Shown here piece after piece: positions 11,401 to 22,830 of a stretch of DNA of 57,431 nucleotides. The notes beneath the pieces are model-generated. The model had not been told where the DNA came from. It saw only the letters and a program-made list of their open reading frames with translations, and did not search any database. The stretch lies in assembly GCA_943704425.1 (NCBI GenBank), contig CALSCP010002583.1, positions 1 through 57,431 on the forward strand, read 5' to 3'. The position numbers and the translations under genes were made by a program. Each line of letters opens with the position of its first letter. Within the stretch, counting starts at the first letter, position 1. The DNA is from Ministeria vibrans ATCC 50519. Taxonomy: Eukaryota > Protista > Filasterea.

Positions 11401-11883
11401 CCCTGCACCCCGTGCGACCCCAGCACACACTGCTCCAGCCACTCAAGTCGGGCCACCACAAACCCCCTTCCCCCCCCTTCACATAACACAGTTGCACAGT
11501 CGGCAAAAGTTGCACAAACATCCAAAAAAAAAAAAAAAAAAAAAAAAGGACGAGCCCTTAACATACCATATTGTCGCACGTTCCATCGCCAAACATCATC
11601 CAGCAGGACTGAACGCTGCATGATGAGTCGTATTCAAGCGCCGTTTGAGAGCGGGCTGGCCGTCTGACAGAGCAGAAGAAGAAAAGAAGAAAAAAAGGGT
11701 TCAGAGAAGGGTGTTCGGATGAGAGGACAGGTCGGAGACTTCGGGAGGTCGGTCACGACACAATGGGCAGGTTTTGGGGGGGGGAGAGAGAGAATGGAAG
11801 TCGGAGAGAGTCGGAAAGAGCGAAAAAGACAAAGCTTACGACAAAGTCCAAACCAGAAGCCCCAGCACTGCCAAGCGCATCAT
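8444..11883 (-). CDS. Notch-like receptor without EGF repeats: SP-3xLNR-HD-TM-ANK-PEST (6 exons: 11883-11840, 11663-11567, 11318-9560, 9505-9449, 9386-9256, 9187-8444; 943 aa)
   Basis: Signal peptide MMRLAVLGLLVWTLS; LNRs (FGDGTCDNMCNTAACNWDGLDC; CNVAECSFNGFSC; GDNTCDLQCNNVACGFDGGDC); TM followed by RRRKR; ankyrins including GWSALHWASAV and TSLYLAARE; S/P-rich tail. Confidence 0.88.
10050..10118 (-). repeat. Coding (CAA/CAG)n polyglutamine tract in the Notch-like intracellular domain
   Basis: Direct read of the sequence. Confidence 0.9.
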
Positions 11884-12191
11884 TGTGGTAGCGGGGGAGA
11901 GGGGGTGGAAGCACTGATGATTGATGAAAATGCAACAATGTCCAGTGAGAAGAGATTATTTTGTATTTTTGTATTTTTGTAATTCAGTGTTATTTCAGTC
12001 ACTCTTCTGTCAAATTAAAAATCCGTGAAAAAATCCTTCGCGACATATGTAAACAAAGCACTCTATCATTTAGTTCACATCAACTAGTAATCATCAATAG
12101 ACAATAAGATCATTCGCTGGTTGGTTTTGGATGACAAACACATCGATCTTTCTTACTCTGAACAATGTATGTGAATGTGTTTACAACATTT

Positions 12192-13346
12192 CTATTGATC
12201 CAATTCCAAAATAGTGTTGGCCCACTGAAACTCACTAGCAAAGCCGACGGAATCCCTGAGATTGAGCACGCCATGGCCCCACAGGTCGGGGACAAACATC
12301 ACATCGCCACTCTGCTGCACACACTCATATGAGGCACGTCGGCGCGGCAGTCGCGCGCGGTCCCCCTTTGCCCACACACTCACGGGCTGTTGCGAGTAGA
12401 ATGCGTCGAGAGGCGCAAAGAGAAACCATCGCTTTCGGCCATACACAAGTGCATTCCAGGCACTACAACAAACACAAAGAAAAACATGAAATTGATAATA
12501 TTATTAAAAAAAATCAATTGTTTGTGTGTGTGTATGTGCGTAAGTCAGTCGTCACCTTGAGTGCCAGTGGATGGGAGAGCCGGAGCGAGGAGGCCCAAGG
12601 AAGAACTGAATGTTGCTGCGTGTGATGTTGGTGTCGAGGGGATCGAGAAAATCAGGTAGGAAATCCGCAAAGACGTCGGTTGCAAGGGAGGCATTTGCAG
12701 GGAGAGACTCAAAGACATAGTGGGGCACCGAGGCGGAGGAAGGTTCGCTGGAGCGCATGTAGTCAATGAAGGAGCGCAAAGAGGAGCGCTGAGCAGAGCG
12801 GTGAGGGGACGACGGAAAGGACTGTGCGTAGGGGATGGACACGCGGGAGACGGGCGTGTCTGCGTGCATTAGCAGCAGTGCATCTCGTGTCAGTTTGCGT
12901 TGCCATGACGATGACTGGGCTCCCTTGCGCACCAGTACCGGACGCGAGACGCTCAAATAGTCCCTCACAAAATCTGAATGAACCAGTTTTTAGTTCTATT
13001 AATTTGGTAAGAGTGTATACCTTTGGCAGTGAAGGAGTCCGCACTGACCACATCAATGTCACACTCATTGCGTCGAAGGTCCGCAGCAATGCTCTCATCA
13101 TCAACACCATCAACCCAACCAGAGACAGTACTCTTCTCAGACTCTGTTTCAGTTTCAGTCGACTGTGCGACGGATTCTAATGTTCTCTGTGTAAGACTGG
13201 GGCATTCGTGAGCGCCTTCGAGTCCAAAGGGCTCTGCGACAGCCTGTGCAGCCCACTCGCCCGCCGCACACGCACTCTCCCACGCTGTACGACCCCACTC
13301 GTCCACCACATCCTCATCTGCACGCCCATCCAGCAGTGTCTATCGT

Positions 13347-13408
<62 letters not shown>

Positions 13409-15138
13409 GTGAGTGAGAGAGACACACAGACACAGACACAGACACAGACAGAGACACAGACACAGACACAGACACAGACACAGACAGAGACAAAGACAGA
13501 GAGAGACAGAGAGGACAGAGAGAGAGGAGGGGGAAAGAAAAAAAGTGATAAAGAGAGAGAGAGAGAAACAAAGTGATAGAGAGAAATTGTGCTGTTTGCG
13601 TGAGTGTGTGAGGACTAACCTGCACTGCCAGTGACTGTCCCCTGATGGCCGCACAATGCAGTGGTGTCTGTCCAAAGTGATTCTGTATGTCCAATCCTCC
13701 CTCACCATCACCTATTACATCTTCCATTAGTGTGCAGTATGTGTGTGTCTGTGAGCGTGTACGGTCAATGAGTCTGGCGAGCAGGGTGGGATCGCCCAGT
13801 GCGGCAAACACGTGCAAGACCGAGTGATTGTACACATTGGCGACTGAGACTTGTGCTCCTTCGCTAATAAGCTTTGAGACTGTCTTTTGTTGCGTCAGAC
13901 ACCCCAAGAACATTCCTTCAGCGTCCTAAAATTGAAAATATACCAATGAAAACTTCGAGTAAGGGTATTTCTTACCACTCTGCTGATAAAGGAGGATTCT
14001 CCTGCTGTATAGAAATGGGACACTTTGACATGACAGTTCAATCGCAACAGCGTGTGAAAGTCGTCCGCACCGGCACGCAAGAACACCGAGCGCAACAAAT
14101 TGATCATTGTCGCCTCAAAGCCAAATGACGCACTCAACAGCGAAATGTGACGCATATACGACGCAATGGAATCAGACTTGCTCCGCTCACGCGCCTCCTT
14201 CTCCTCTTCCTCTTCCTCTGCGTCGTTCTCGTCGTCCCGTTCATACAACTGCCGCGCAAGCGAGTGCATTCCGTGCACAAACGACTCGGTCAGCTGTCCC
14301 ACTCCAGCGGCAAACTGCCCAAACTCACTGTGCAGTGCGCCGTCGCTCGGCTGCAGTGCCAGCAGAAGCTCATAGCCCCGATACGCTTCATTATACACCT
14401 ACCAAAATGAAAGCACAAGAAAAAACCCCCCATAAAACAATTTCGTGAGCAACATCAATCGCTGTTTTCTCTGCTGTGTGTTTTTACCTGCTGTGCAAGT
14501 TTGATGTTGACAAAGAGTCGCACAAGCGAGGCCGCCTCCTCGCCGTGTTCCTTGGCAAATGCAACGCCCTTTTCGCGATTCTCGCCCAAGACACGGTGGT
14601 GCAGATGCTTGTGTAGATCAAACCAGTCGGAGAAGCCCGCGGCGCGAATGTAGAGCGAGAGAATGGACAGCGCGCGATCGTGTTCGCCGGCGCCCATCAA
14701 CAGCGCACTTGTTCGTCCGCAATACGACGCGTCGGCCGGCCGCAGCTGCACCGCCTTCTCCAGCATGTCAAGGGTCTCGGTCTGCTTCCCTTGCATCGAC
14801 AGAACCACGCCGGTATTCCAGTGTGCGTCCGCATGTGTCGGTTCAATCGCAATGCACTATCAGTGTGAGAGTGTGTGTGTCATTTGATAAGCAAGTTCAA
14901 ACCCCAAAAAAACACCACGTACGCTTGCCAACGATTCCAGGGCCTTTTCCAGGTTCTTTTCATGCACGGCCACCTGGGCGACGGCAATAAGCTCGTCGCA
15001 CAGCCCTGACAAAGACACACAATCAATACTAATGGAGCCCCTTTTCCTTCCACGTCTACCTTCCGCCTTGACCTCGTCAAGCTCAAGCGACGCCACCGAT
15101 CGACTCAATATACAAATTAGAACAGCCGCCAGCAGCAT
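12192..15138 (-). CDS. Signal peptide + TPR + ankyrin + C-terminal JmjC (JMJD8-like cupin) multi-exon protein
   Basis: MLLAAVLICILSRSVAS; TPR (IEPTHADAHWNTGVVL...LEKAVQLRP); ANK (GQTPLHCAAIRG); JmjC QFFLGPPRSGSPIHWH...YGRKRWFLF...QQSGDVMFVPDLWGHGVLNL. Confidence 0.82.
13347..13530. repeat. (GA)n and (GACACA)n intronic microsatellites
   Basis: Direct read of the sequence. Confidence 0.9.
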
Positions 15139-15288
15139 AATTGTTCAAATTCAATGGAAGTCGGAAGAGAATGATTAATGGTCGAAAGTCGACAAGGCGA
15201 AAAATCGAAATTCGAAAGATCAAATCAAATCTCTTCATCAAATAATTCATTTTTCAATATTTTAATTTTTACTGTCTCAGACGCTGTC

Positions 15289-16399
15289 ATGGATAAAAAG
15301 ACGCCGCAGAAAGCACCGCAGTCACCGGGGCTGCTCCAATCGACAGAGACGACGCTCCCTGAGCTGTGGCCCACCGTCGACAACTTGCCAGGTTTGAAAG
15401 GGATCGTAGCAACGCCACAGCTCACGCGCGTCGCTTCCCTTGCTTTCCCCTAGTCGACAACCGCGTCATGGAAGTTATCAATCCGCGAACACCCCCCAAT
15501 TTCGGACAGAAAGTGAAGGAAATGGAACAGTTACAAGAACAGAAAATCCTCGAAGGTACCACAAGCAAATGCCCGACTTCTACGGGCCCACACGCACTCG
15601 TTGGATGCACCCATGTGCATATGCTCCTGCACCACGCATCACCGTTGAAAGACACCTTTTCTATTTGAGTCACACTATCAATATCAATATTGTTTATAAT
15701 ATTTTACTCTAAGCACTAAGCACACATAACAACCACACATAATAAGCACACATAACAACCACACATAACAACCACACATAACAACCACACATAACAACCA
15801 CACACANNNNNNACCACACATAACAACCACACATAACAACCACACATAACAACCACACATAACAACCACACACACTAAGCACACACTAAATACTACGCAC
15901 TAAGCACACACACACACTAAACACTAAGCACACACACTGAAAAAAGCAAACACAGCACACTAAGCGCACTAAGCACACATTAATACTAATTGCACACCCT
16001 TAATATCGTACAATTATATGCAGACCGTCTTCAAATTGTATGCTTCTTCTCCTCTTACTCCACTTGCACACACACACACAAACAAATAATTATAATTGAA
16101 TCGCGTCGTGTACCGCTTCGTATACGCTCGTTCGTCGCTCTCGTCTCTTCGTCTATTTTGCCTCTTATTTCCTTTTTCATTGCTGTAGATCTCCAAGCAT
16201 TTACCCCAGACGCCCTCTCAGACAAAATCAAAGAACTTGAGAATCGCGCATACGAATTGGGAATTCGAGAAGGTAAAAAACAACAGTCGATAAATATACA
16301 AAGAGACAATGTATTTTATTTATTTCAGGGCACGAGACGACTCGCGGCCGTCTGCTCAATGTTCTCGAGGAGAAAATGGGAACCGCAACCGGAATGTAA
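15289..16399 (+). CDS. LIN52: LIN52 (DREAM/MuvB complex subunit), 4 exons
   Basis: N-terminal PELWP; C-terminal DKIKELENRAYELGIREGHETTRGRLLNVL matches the LIN52 pattern L.N.AY.LG..E..E.TRG..LN.L. Confidence 0.85.
15720..15870. repeat. 13-bp minisatellite (CACACATAACAAC)n in a LIN52 intron
   Basis: About 11 tandem units with a small N gap. Confidence 0.9.
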
Positions 16400-16803
16400 C
16401 AAGAACTAAAAAGTACCCTGTAACGAAACAAAAAGTAAAGAAGCGTCAATATTATGTAAACAAACAGATCCAAAAACAAAAAATACACTATTATGTAATT
16501 ATATAAATCTTCTTTTGTTATGACAGCAAACATCCATCATATCCATGGGAGTAATAAAACAGAAGCAACTGCCTTCATTAAGACTACAACTCTTCGAGGG
16601 AGAACGGTGGAAGGAATGAGCATAGAAAAAAAAACTCTCCCCACGTACAACACATACACGTACATGAGTGACGTACTGTGTAATCGTGCTCGGTGTACAA
16701 CTGCACGTCTCTCTGAACGCAGAACTGAGACTTGAGCAGTGAAATTTGATCTCAAATGCAAAATCAATAATATTATTCTGTTTGTTTACATTAATTATTC
16801 CAT

Positions 16804-17746
16804 ATGAGCGCCTCCTCCGCTTTCAGTACGNNNNNNNNNNNNNNCGTACAAGGTGGCCGCGTCGCTTCTGTCGGGAATGCGCTCGTTCGCCAGGCACTAC
16901 CTGAGAAAGGGCTTCTCGCTGCACGAGCGCTATGCCAAGGGGCACGGCGCATCGTGGGCCGTTGTGACAGGCGGCTCGGACGGCATTGGCCTTGAGATCT
17001 GCCACCAGTTGGCTGCGCGCGGCTTTAATATTTGCATTGTGAGCCGAAACGCAGCCAAGATCGACGGCAGGCTTGCAGAGCTGGTCGCGGCGCATCCGAC
17101 GATTGCGACACGCGCGGTGGTTGTTGATTTTGGAAGGCTGTTCAAGATCAGCGACTACCAGGAGCGCATTGGCGCTGCACTGCAGGACATTGATGTTGCT
17201 ATGTTGTTCCTCAATGCCGGCTTCGTCCGCGTCGGTTCTTTCACGGACATTACCGCGCAGGAGATTGAGCAGTCAGTCATGATCAATGTGATGCAGCCCA
17301 TTTACACCGCCAAGGCACTTGTCGACCAGATGCTCAGCCGCAAGCATCTCTCGGCAATCGTCATTACCTCAAGCGGCCTAGGCTCCATGGCCATCCCGGG
17401 CTGTGTTGACTACAGCTGCGGCAAGTCCTTTGCCACTCTGCTCGGCGAAGGACTCAACTATGAGCTGGCAGGTAAGATTGACTGCATGGCATGGCAGTCG
17501 GGCAAGGTGGCGACCAAAATGAACGGCGCAACTGCCGATGGGAGTCACTGTGTCACGCCCAAGCAGGCGGTTGCGGGTATGCTCAACGACCTGGGACGCG
17601 AGAGCCTTACGTACGGCTGTGTAGCGCACTCCTAGAGCATGTTCATGGTGAGCTTGCTTCCCCAGTCGATCATCAAGCGCAAGTTCTTTGCTGGATTCAA
17701 GGAAGAGCGCTTGAAGCAGATCGAAATGGTGCGAAAAAGCGAATGA
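16804..17746 (+). CDS. Intronless short-chain dehydrogenase/reductase (3-ketoacyl-CoA reductase/17beta-HSD12-like) with an in-frame TAG at 17633-17635
   Basis: WAVVTGGSDGIG, LNAG, SS, YSCGK (YxxxK). The reading frame continues for 36 plausible codons after the TAG to a TGA at 17744-17746. Confidence 0.85.
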
Positions 17747-17902
17747 ATCGACTTTTTCACAATCATACCACACCAAAATTATGATTGTGCATTCTGCATT
17801 ATGATTGTGCGTTTTGCATTAGTCTACTTTTGGGCCCACCCCACACAAAATCAAACTTTACTTGCAAATTCGGAATTTGAGACTTGAATTATTTGTCGTT
17901 TT

Positions 17903-18140
17903 TTATTCATGACACAAAACGACTCGCGGCCGTCTGCTCAATGTTCTCAAGAAGAAAGACAATGGGAAGCCGCAACCAGAATGTGACGAGAACAAAAAAA
18001 AGTGTTCTGTAAGAAAAATAAAAGAAGAGTCAATATAATGTAAACAGAACCAAAAACAAAAAATATAAATAATCTTCTTTGTGAGATCAGACATCCATGG
18101 AAGTAATTGCCTTCATTAAGACCAAGGTCCTTCGAGTGGA
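17903..18140 (+). repeat. Diverged direct-repeat copy of the LIN52 last exon and 3' flank (copy of ~16321-16600)
   Basis: Shared ACGACTCGCGGCCGTCTGCTCAATGTTCTC...CCGCAACC.GAATGT and TGCCTTCATTAAGAC blocks. The splice acceptor is mutated (TTTCAG to TTCATG). Confidence 0.85.
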
Positions 18141-19190
18141 AACTGTGAATGTTGGTAGACATTTTTTCATCATCTCAAACACAATAAGAAAATAGGGAAA
18201 AAACACAAAAGAAAAGAGATAAAAGAAATAACTTACGTATGTGGTACGCGCATGGGTTGCTCGCTCCTCTTTGTATACGTGTCAACGTCTCGAATCACCT
18301 CCTGGAAAATTGAACACAAAAGAAAAAAAAGATGAGACAGAAAAAATCACAAAAACACAGAAAGTTATAGTGAAAAAAAAAGTGTTGTTTCGAGGTCAGA
18401 CAAGTTCTGGCTTAAACGTAAACGCTTATTTTCTTTGTTATCATCAGTTGCGATAAGTTGGGGAAAAAAGTTAAATCATCATTCCGAAACGGGAGAGAAA
18501 GAGAACAGAGAAAAAGAGAAAAGAATCAGTCGTACCGAGACAGGAACGGATCGAGCAGTCGCGCCACGGCCTCGCACAGTGTTCTTGCGTGGTAGAGACA
18601 CCCCGCAAGCGCAAGCGAAGCCACGGATGCCGGTGAAACTCGCGCACAAACAGGTTTTGCGTTTTTTTCTCCACGTGGCATTCCACATGGGAGAGATTCC
18701 AGCGACCATCGCAGCGCGCGCGTCGCATGATACACCAAGGTGTACATGATCATCGGTATGACGCCAAAAGATCGGCCCGAGTCGGTCGCAACAACGCGAA
18801 ATTGGCGATCCGCGTTTTTTTTTTTTTCTCTTTCTAGAAATTTCCAGAGAAAGTCATATTGCAAGGAGCGTCCACACAAGTAAGTGTCAACCACTTCAAG
18901 AGTGTGTCATGTTGATGAAACGAGTGTTGTCACGAAGACGAAAAAAATGACTGAATAAATTATAAAATTATTTTAGTTTTTAATTTTTATTTGTCAATTG
19001 AGTTGATATTCAAGTTTAAACTGGTAGTAGGCACAACCGCACAAGGCAGATTCTAGTTACTCAAACCAGACTCACTAGTCAGTAGTCCCTACTCAGTGAA
19101 CCCACTTGTGACTACGTCAGTACCTTGTACGCTATAGCGAGTACTCCATGAAAGTGATCACTCTGAAGATCATCCTTTTTTTCAATTCTC

Positions 19191-22100
19191 ATGGCTGAGC
19201 TCCCGTCTTTGCTTGACGACTTGTCGGGCGACATGCTGACGACGCTGTCGGCGGACATCACAGCGGACGATGTGATGCTGCTGATTGAAGAAGGAACGCC
19301 GGCGAAAAATGATCACAAAGACGACGTTGGCGAGGCGCCTGCGTCGCTGAGGCCCGCGGCGAGTCGCGGCAAGGAGGACTGTGTGCTTGCGGACATGTCG
19401 CGAAGGTCGCGGCGTGAGAGACAGCCGTCGCGCAAGTACCTCAACTCAGTGAAACTCGTGGAGAAGAAGAAGACACACGCTGAGGCGCAGACGGACGCCA
19501 CGGCCGATCTGAGGGCCGCCGCCGCTGGTGGGAGTCCGCAGAAGCATGGTAAAGAGGGTGGAGAAGCGTCGACGGCAGAGACGTCGGCGGCAGTGAAGAG
19601 GAAGAAGAAGAAGAAGAAGGAGGATGGAGAGGAGACGGCGGTGGTGGGCGCTGGTGACGAGAGGAAGAAGACCAAGAGCAAGCGGAAGGCGCAGGACGAG
19701 AAGGACGCGGACGCGGGAACACAGGGGGTGTCTGGCGTTGCGAACAAAGACGGCAGCGAGGGCAATGCCGCATCGGACGAGGATGAGACGGAGGACAAGG
19801 ACGACGACGATGACGGCGACGAAGTGTACTGTGTGTGTCGCGGACCCGGCTATGGGTTTATGCTGCAATGCGATGGCTGTGACGATTGGTTCCATGGGAG
19901 CTGCGTTGAGGTGACCGCACGCAAAGGAAGGCGTCTGGCCGAGAGCAAAACCGACTGGTTCTGTCCCGTTTGCGATCGTAAAGAACATCACAATTATATT
20001 AGTACGTGTTACTGACAATAGTTTTTCTTCTGTTCTTATGTGTTAGTTGAAGAACGAAAAAAGAAGCGGAAAGATGATCGACAGTCGCGAGGAGACAGCA
20101 GCGATGAGGACGAGGAGGAAGGAGAGGACGAGGAGGCACGGAAGGAACGGCGACGGCTGCAGAAGCAGCGGAAGAAGGAGAAGCGTGAACAGCGACGGCT
20201 CAAGAAGAAGAAGCGACGTCCCTCGGCACTCGTGTGCTATGGAAGCAACTGTGCGAAACTGGCGGCAAGCGACAGTGTGTACTGCAGCGAGGAGTGCATG
20301 GTGCGCAGCGCAGAGGAGGCATTGTTAGGTGGAGGAGATGAGTCGGAGGAGGAAGAGCAGGAGAAGGACAGTGCCAAGGCGGAGCGAGAGCGTCTTAAGG
20401 CAGCCGAGGCACACGCTCGCATTGCCCGTCGCCTCAGTGACAGTCTGCGTGTGTCCCATGCTGCTGCTGCCGCAGCTGCCGTCGCCGAGCCCAACCCACA
20501 ACACCTTGTCGCCCGTGAGAAGACACGCGACCGTCTCATTTTCAAGCCACTTTTTGAAAGGTATTTTGAACATGAACTACACAAGACCCGCAAGATCACA
20601 CAGTTATAATATAATATAATTTTATTATTATTATTATTGTTATTACTATTTTTACTATTATGATTAAATTTTTATTATTAATAATTTTTGTATTAAATTG
20701 TTTAATTTGCAGGACGAGCAAGGACAGTCTGATGGAACCCGAGGTGAAGACGGAGAACCACGTACAGGCTGTTGCCAAGGAGATTGAGTCTGCGCTGTAC
20801 GCAGTGCATGGGATGCAGATTGCAGGTGGAAGCAAGTACATTTCACAGGCGCGCACGATTATGATGAACGTGCAAAACCCCCACAATACGTGGCTCTATC
20901 GTGATTTGGTAACGCGGGAGCTGAGTGCGGCGCGTCTGGTGCGTATGTCTGTGACTGAGCTGGCACCGCGACAGCTGCAAGAATGGATTAAAGGAGAACG
21001 CGAGCGTGCAACCAAGTTGATTGTCAAGGAGCCCGAGACAGAGCGGGTGATCATCAAGCAGGACGACGGACAGGTCGTCGTGACGGTTGAGTCGGTGGAC
21101 GCGAAAAAGGAACAGGAGGAGGAGGAGGCACGGAGAGAACGTGCCAAGCGCCGCAAGGCCGAACAGAGTGCAGCGCAGCAGCAGGGCGATGATATGGATA
21201 TTAGTGATGAAGAGGACACTATCATTGCCTCTGCTGGCGGTGGGACGGCCATGTCGCCTTCGTCGTTGGCCACCATCAATGCACGTCGCTTTTCGGCGTT
21301 CTCCGATGCGGGCTCAAGCAGTGGTGGTGGGACCTCTGAGACGAGTATGTTGTTACCGTCGTTGTCGTCTCCGTCGTCTTCGGCCACGACTGCCGGGGTC
21401 ACTGTCAATGCACGACGACCCGTTGCGACGCTGGTGCCGGCCATGAAGATTGCAGAGGAAGAGGACGAGGATGACGATGGTGACGAGGAAGGTGGCGGCG
21501 ACGATGATGACGACCAAGGGAGCATCATTGTGAGTGGCGATGAGGATGAACAGCCACTGGGCGACGGCGCAAAGACAGTAGATGAAGCAACAAAGGCGTC
21601 GTCGTCGTCGTCGTCTCGTGGGCGCACTGCGTGGACTGGGATGATCAAGATGCCGCCCTTGGAAAAGGCCAATGTGACTGCACATGTTGTGGTTGGCTCC
21701 GAGACGGGCGACTTTGGCTCATTGTCACAGATTCTGCCGGAGACACTCGTGCTCAGCGGTCGCATTCCGCCGAGTGTTGTTGACAAGTACTGTGCCGACC
21801 TGCTCAAGTTCAGCTCGTCGCGCGAGCTGGTTGTCATTGCACTTGAGCCGGCGCACGCCAGTGACACGCAAGCACACTCGGCCCTGACCGCGTACTTTGC
21901 TACCCGCCAGCGCTGTGGCGTCGTCGGCAACTGTCTGCCCACCGTTCAAGACATGTACTTGGTCCCCGTCACCGACGGCAAAGTCCCCTCGTACGTCCCC
22001 CCCCTTCTCTGCTCTGTTCGCAACGGCATCCTTGGAGTCATCGCCCGCAAGACTTCCCGTAAACGCGCCTCGTCTGTCTCCGATGCTCCTCCTCCCAAGC

Positions 22101-22724
22101 GACCGTCGCTCGACCATGCTACTTCTGCTGCGCCAAGCAAGGCCGCATACGTGCCCCCTCCCCCGCCCCCTGTCATGCGTCCCACGGCTACCACCACCAC
22201 TCCCGCACCTCCCGCTCTCTCCTCCTCCTCCTCCCCCACCACCACCACAGCTGCTTCCTCAATCTTCTCCACCGGCGTCTCTCGCTTTGGTCTCAACTCT
22301 CTTGGCCTCAACACTGCCACACCTCGCCCTCCTCCCCCTTCCGCTCCTCCAGCACCATCCGCTCCTCCCCCCGCTCCTCCCTCCAATCCCAATCTCAATT
22401 CCTTTTTCTCCCCACCTCCCCCTACCCCTCCCTCCACCTACCACCACCATGCTCCTCCTCCTCCCGCTCCTCCAGCCAACACAGTCAGCTACAACGCCAA
22501 GTTTTTCTCCCAACAACCCCTTCCTCCCCCTCCCTTTCCTCCTCCCTCCTCCTCCTTCCCTCGTCCCCCTCCTTACCAGCAACAACAACAACACCACCAA
22601 CAACAACATCAACATCAACAACATCAACATCAACAACATCAACATCAACAACATCAACAACAACATCAGCAACAACAACATCAACATCAACATCAACGTC
22701 CACCCCCGCAACATCGACAACAGC

Positions 22725-22756
<32 letters not shown>

Positions 22757-22798
22757 CGGCAACAACAACACACCTTTTTCCCTCGATACCAACAATAA
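19191..22798 (+). CDS. PHD finger + TFIIS-M + SPOC protein (PHF3/DIDO1/Bye1 family), 3 exons
   Basis: VYCVCRGP..GFMLQCDGCDDWFHGSCV...WFCPVC; VAKEIESALY...KYISQARTIMMN; SPOC WTGMIKM...SGRI...YFATRQRCGVV..DMYLVP; Pro- and Gln-rich tail. Confidence 0.9.
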
Positions 22799-22830
22799 AC
22801 GAATAGACATTAATTTCATTTTTCTTTTTC

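Noticed and set aside
15720-15870. Telomere-like or CRISPR-like repeat
   Set aside because: A simple intronic 13-bp minisatellite.
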